IMG/VR virus record: IMGVR_UViG_3300028393_000022
Source: a virus
Length of the DNA stretch: 64,000 nt
Direction: 5' to 3' (one strand)
Both the position numbers and the translations under genes were made by a program. Numbering within the stretch: position 1 is the first letter of the stretch; each line of letters opens with the position of its first letter. This document shows positions 63,811 through 64,000 of this stretch, in pieces. Under the pieces are notes generated by a model, which saw only the letters and a program-made list of their open reading frames with translations, ran no database searches and was not told the DNA's origin.

Positions 63811-64000
63811 ATGCACCTAATATTCCCGGAAGCAGCAGACAGTAGCCCAGCATTGCTAATGTTGAGAGTTTATCTAGTACTGTGGAGTCAACGTACTGGC
63901 ATCAAGCATGATTTCAGACTGGACGATCCACGTGGACTTATAGTGACATTGCCATTAGAACAACACTATACACAGTTTGCTCTACAGTGGGATCACGGTG
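63811..64000 (+). CDS. partial small protein, possibly the 'FxLxW' family
   Basis: open from ATG 63811 to the window end; ..LEQHYTQFALQWDHG; TAAGTA box at 63775. Confidence 0.45.
   Translation, partial: MHLIFPEAADSSPALLMLRVYLVLWSQRTGIKHDFRLDDPRGLIVTLPLEQHYTQFALQWDHG

Noticed and set aside
1-64000. Stop-codon reassignment, introns or inteins
   Set aside because: Core genes are full-length and uninterrupted in the standard code, and TAA, TGA and TAG all end genes

Overview
This is a 64-kb segment of a large, AT-rich, T4-like myophage genome read in the standard genetic code. I saw no tRNA, rRNA, CRISPR array, intron or integrase. In order, the window holds: the end of a tape-measure-like gene; the head module (portal, core protein, protease, scaffold, major capsid protein); a ~21-kb block of Ser/Thr/Gly-rich fibre and decoration genes with an interleaved 2OG-Fe(II) oxygenase, cupin and glycosyltransferase; Nudix, tail terminator and neck genes; dNMP kinase; sheath and tube; head completion nuclease; terminase; acidic putative internal head proteins; and gp32, UvsX, UvsY and UvsW. 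After that come an array of small paralogous ORFs, a split HldE-like NDP-heptose module, a miniature DnaE-like gene, primase and helicase, an AlgH/YqgE homologue, a Pol-beta-like nucleotidyltransferase and a HAD nucleotidase. The most notable observations are these. (1) A 2208-aa putative virion protein carries seven CxRD repeats, six of them tandem at a 142-169-aa period, whose spacing matches the bilin-attachment helix of phycobiliproteins. (2) The NDP-heptose enzymes, glycosyltransferase, oxygenase and Ser/Thr-rich fibres may form a virion-modification system. (3) A 192-aa C-family polymerase core keeps its catalytic motifs. (4) Late genes are pervasively leaderless (TAAATA-N5-7-ATG), with back-to-back promoters. 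(5) Putative head cargo polyproteins are punctuated by protease sites and share a C-terminal IxKL(A/S)GL tag. (6) A three-hairpin RNA leader follows the capsid gene. All functional calls come from motif recognition by eye; no searches were run.
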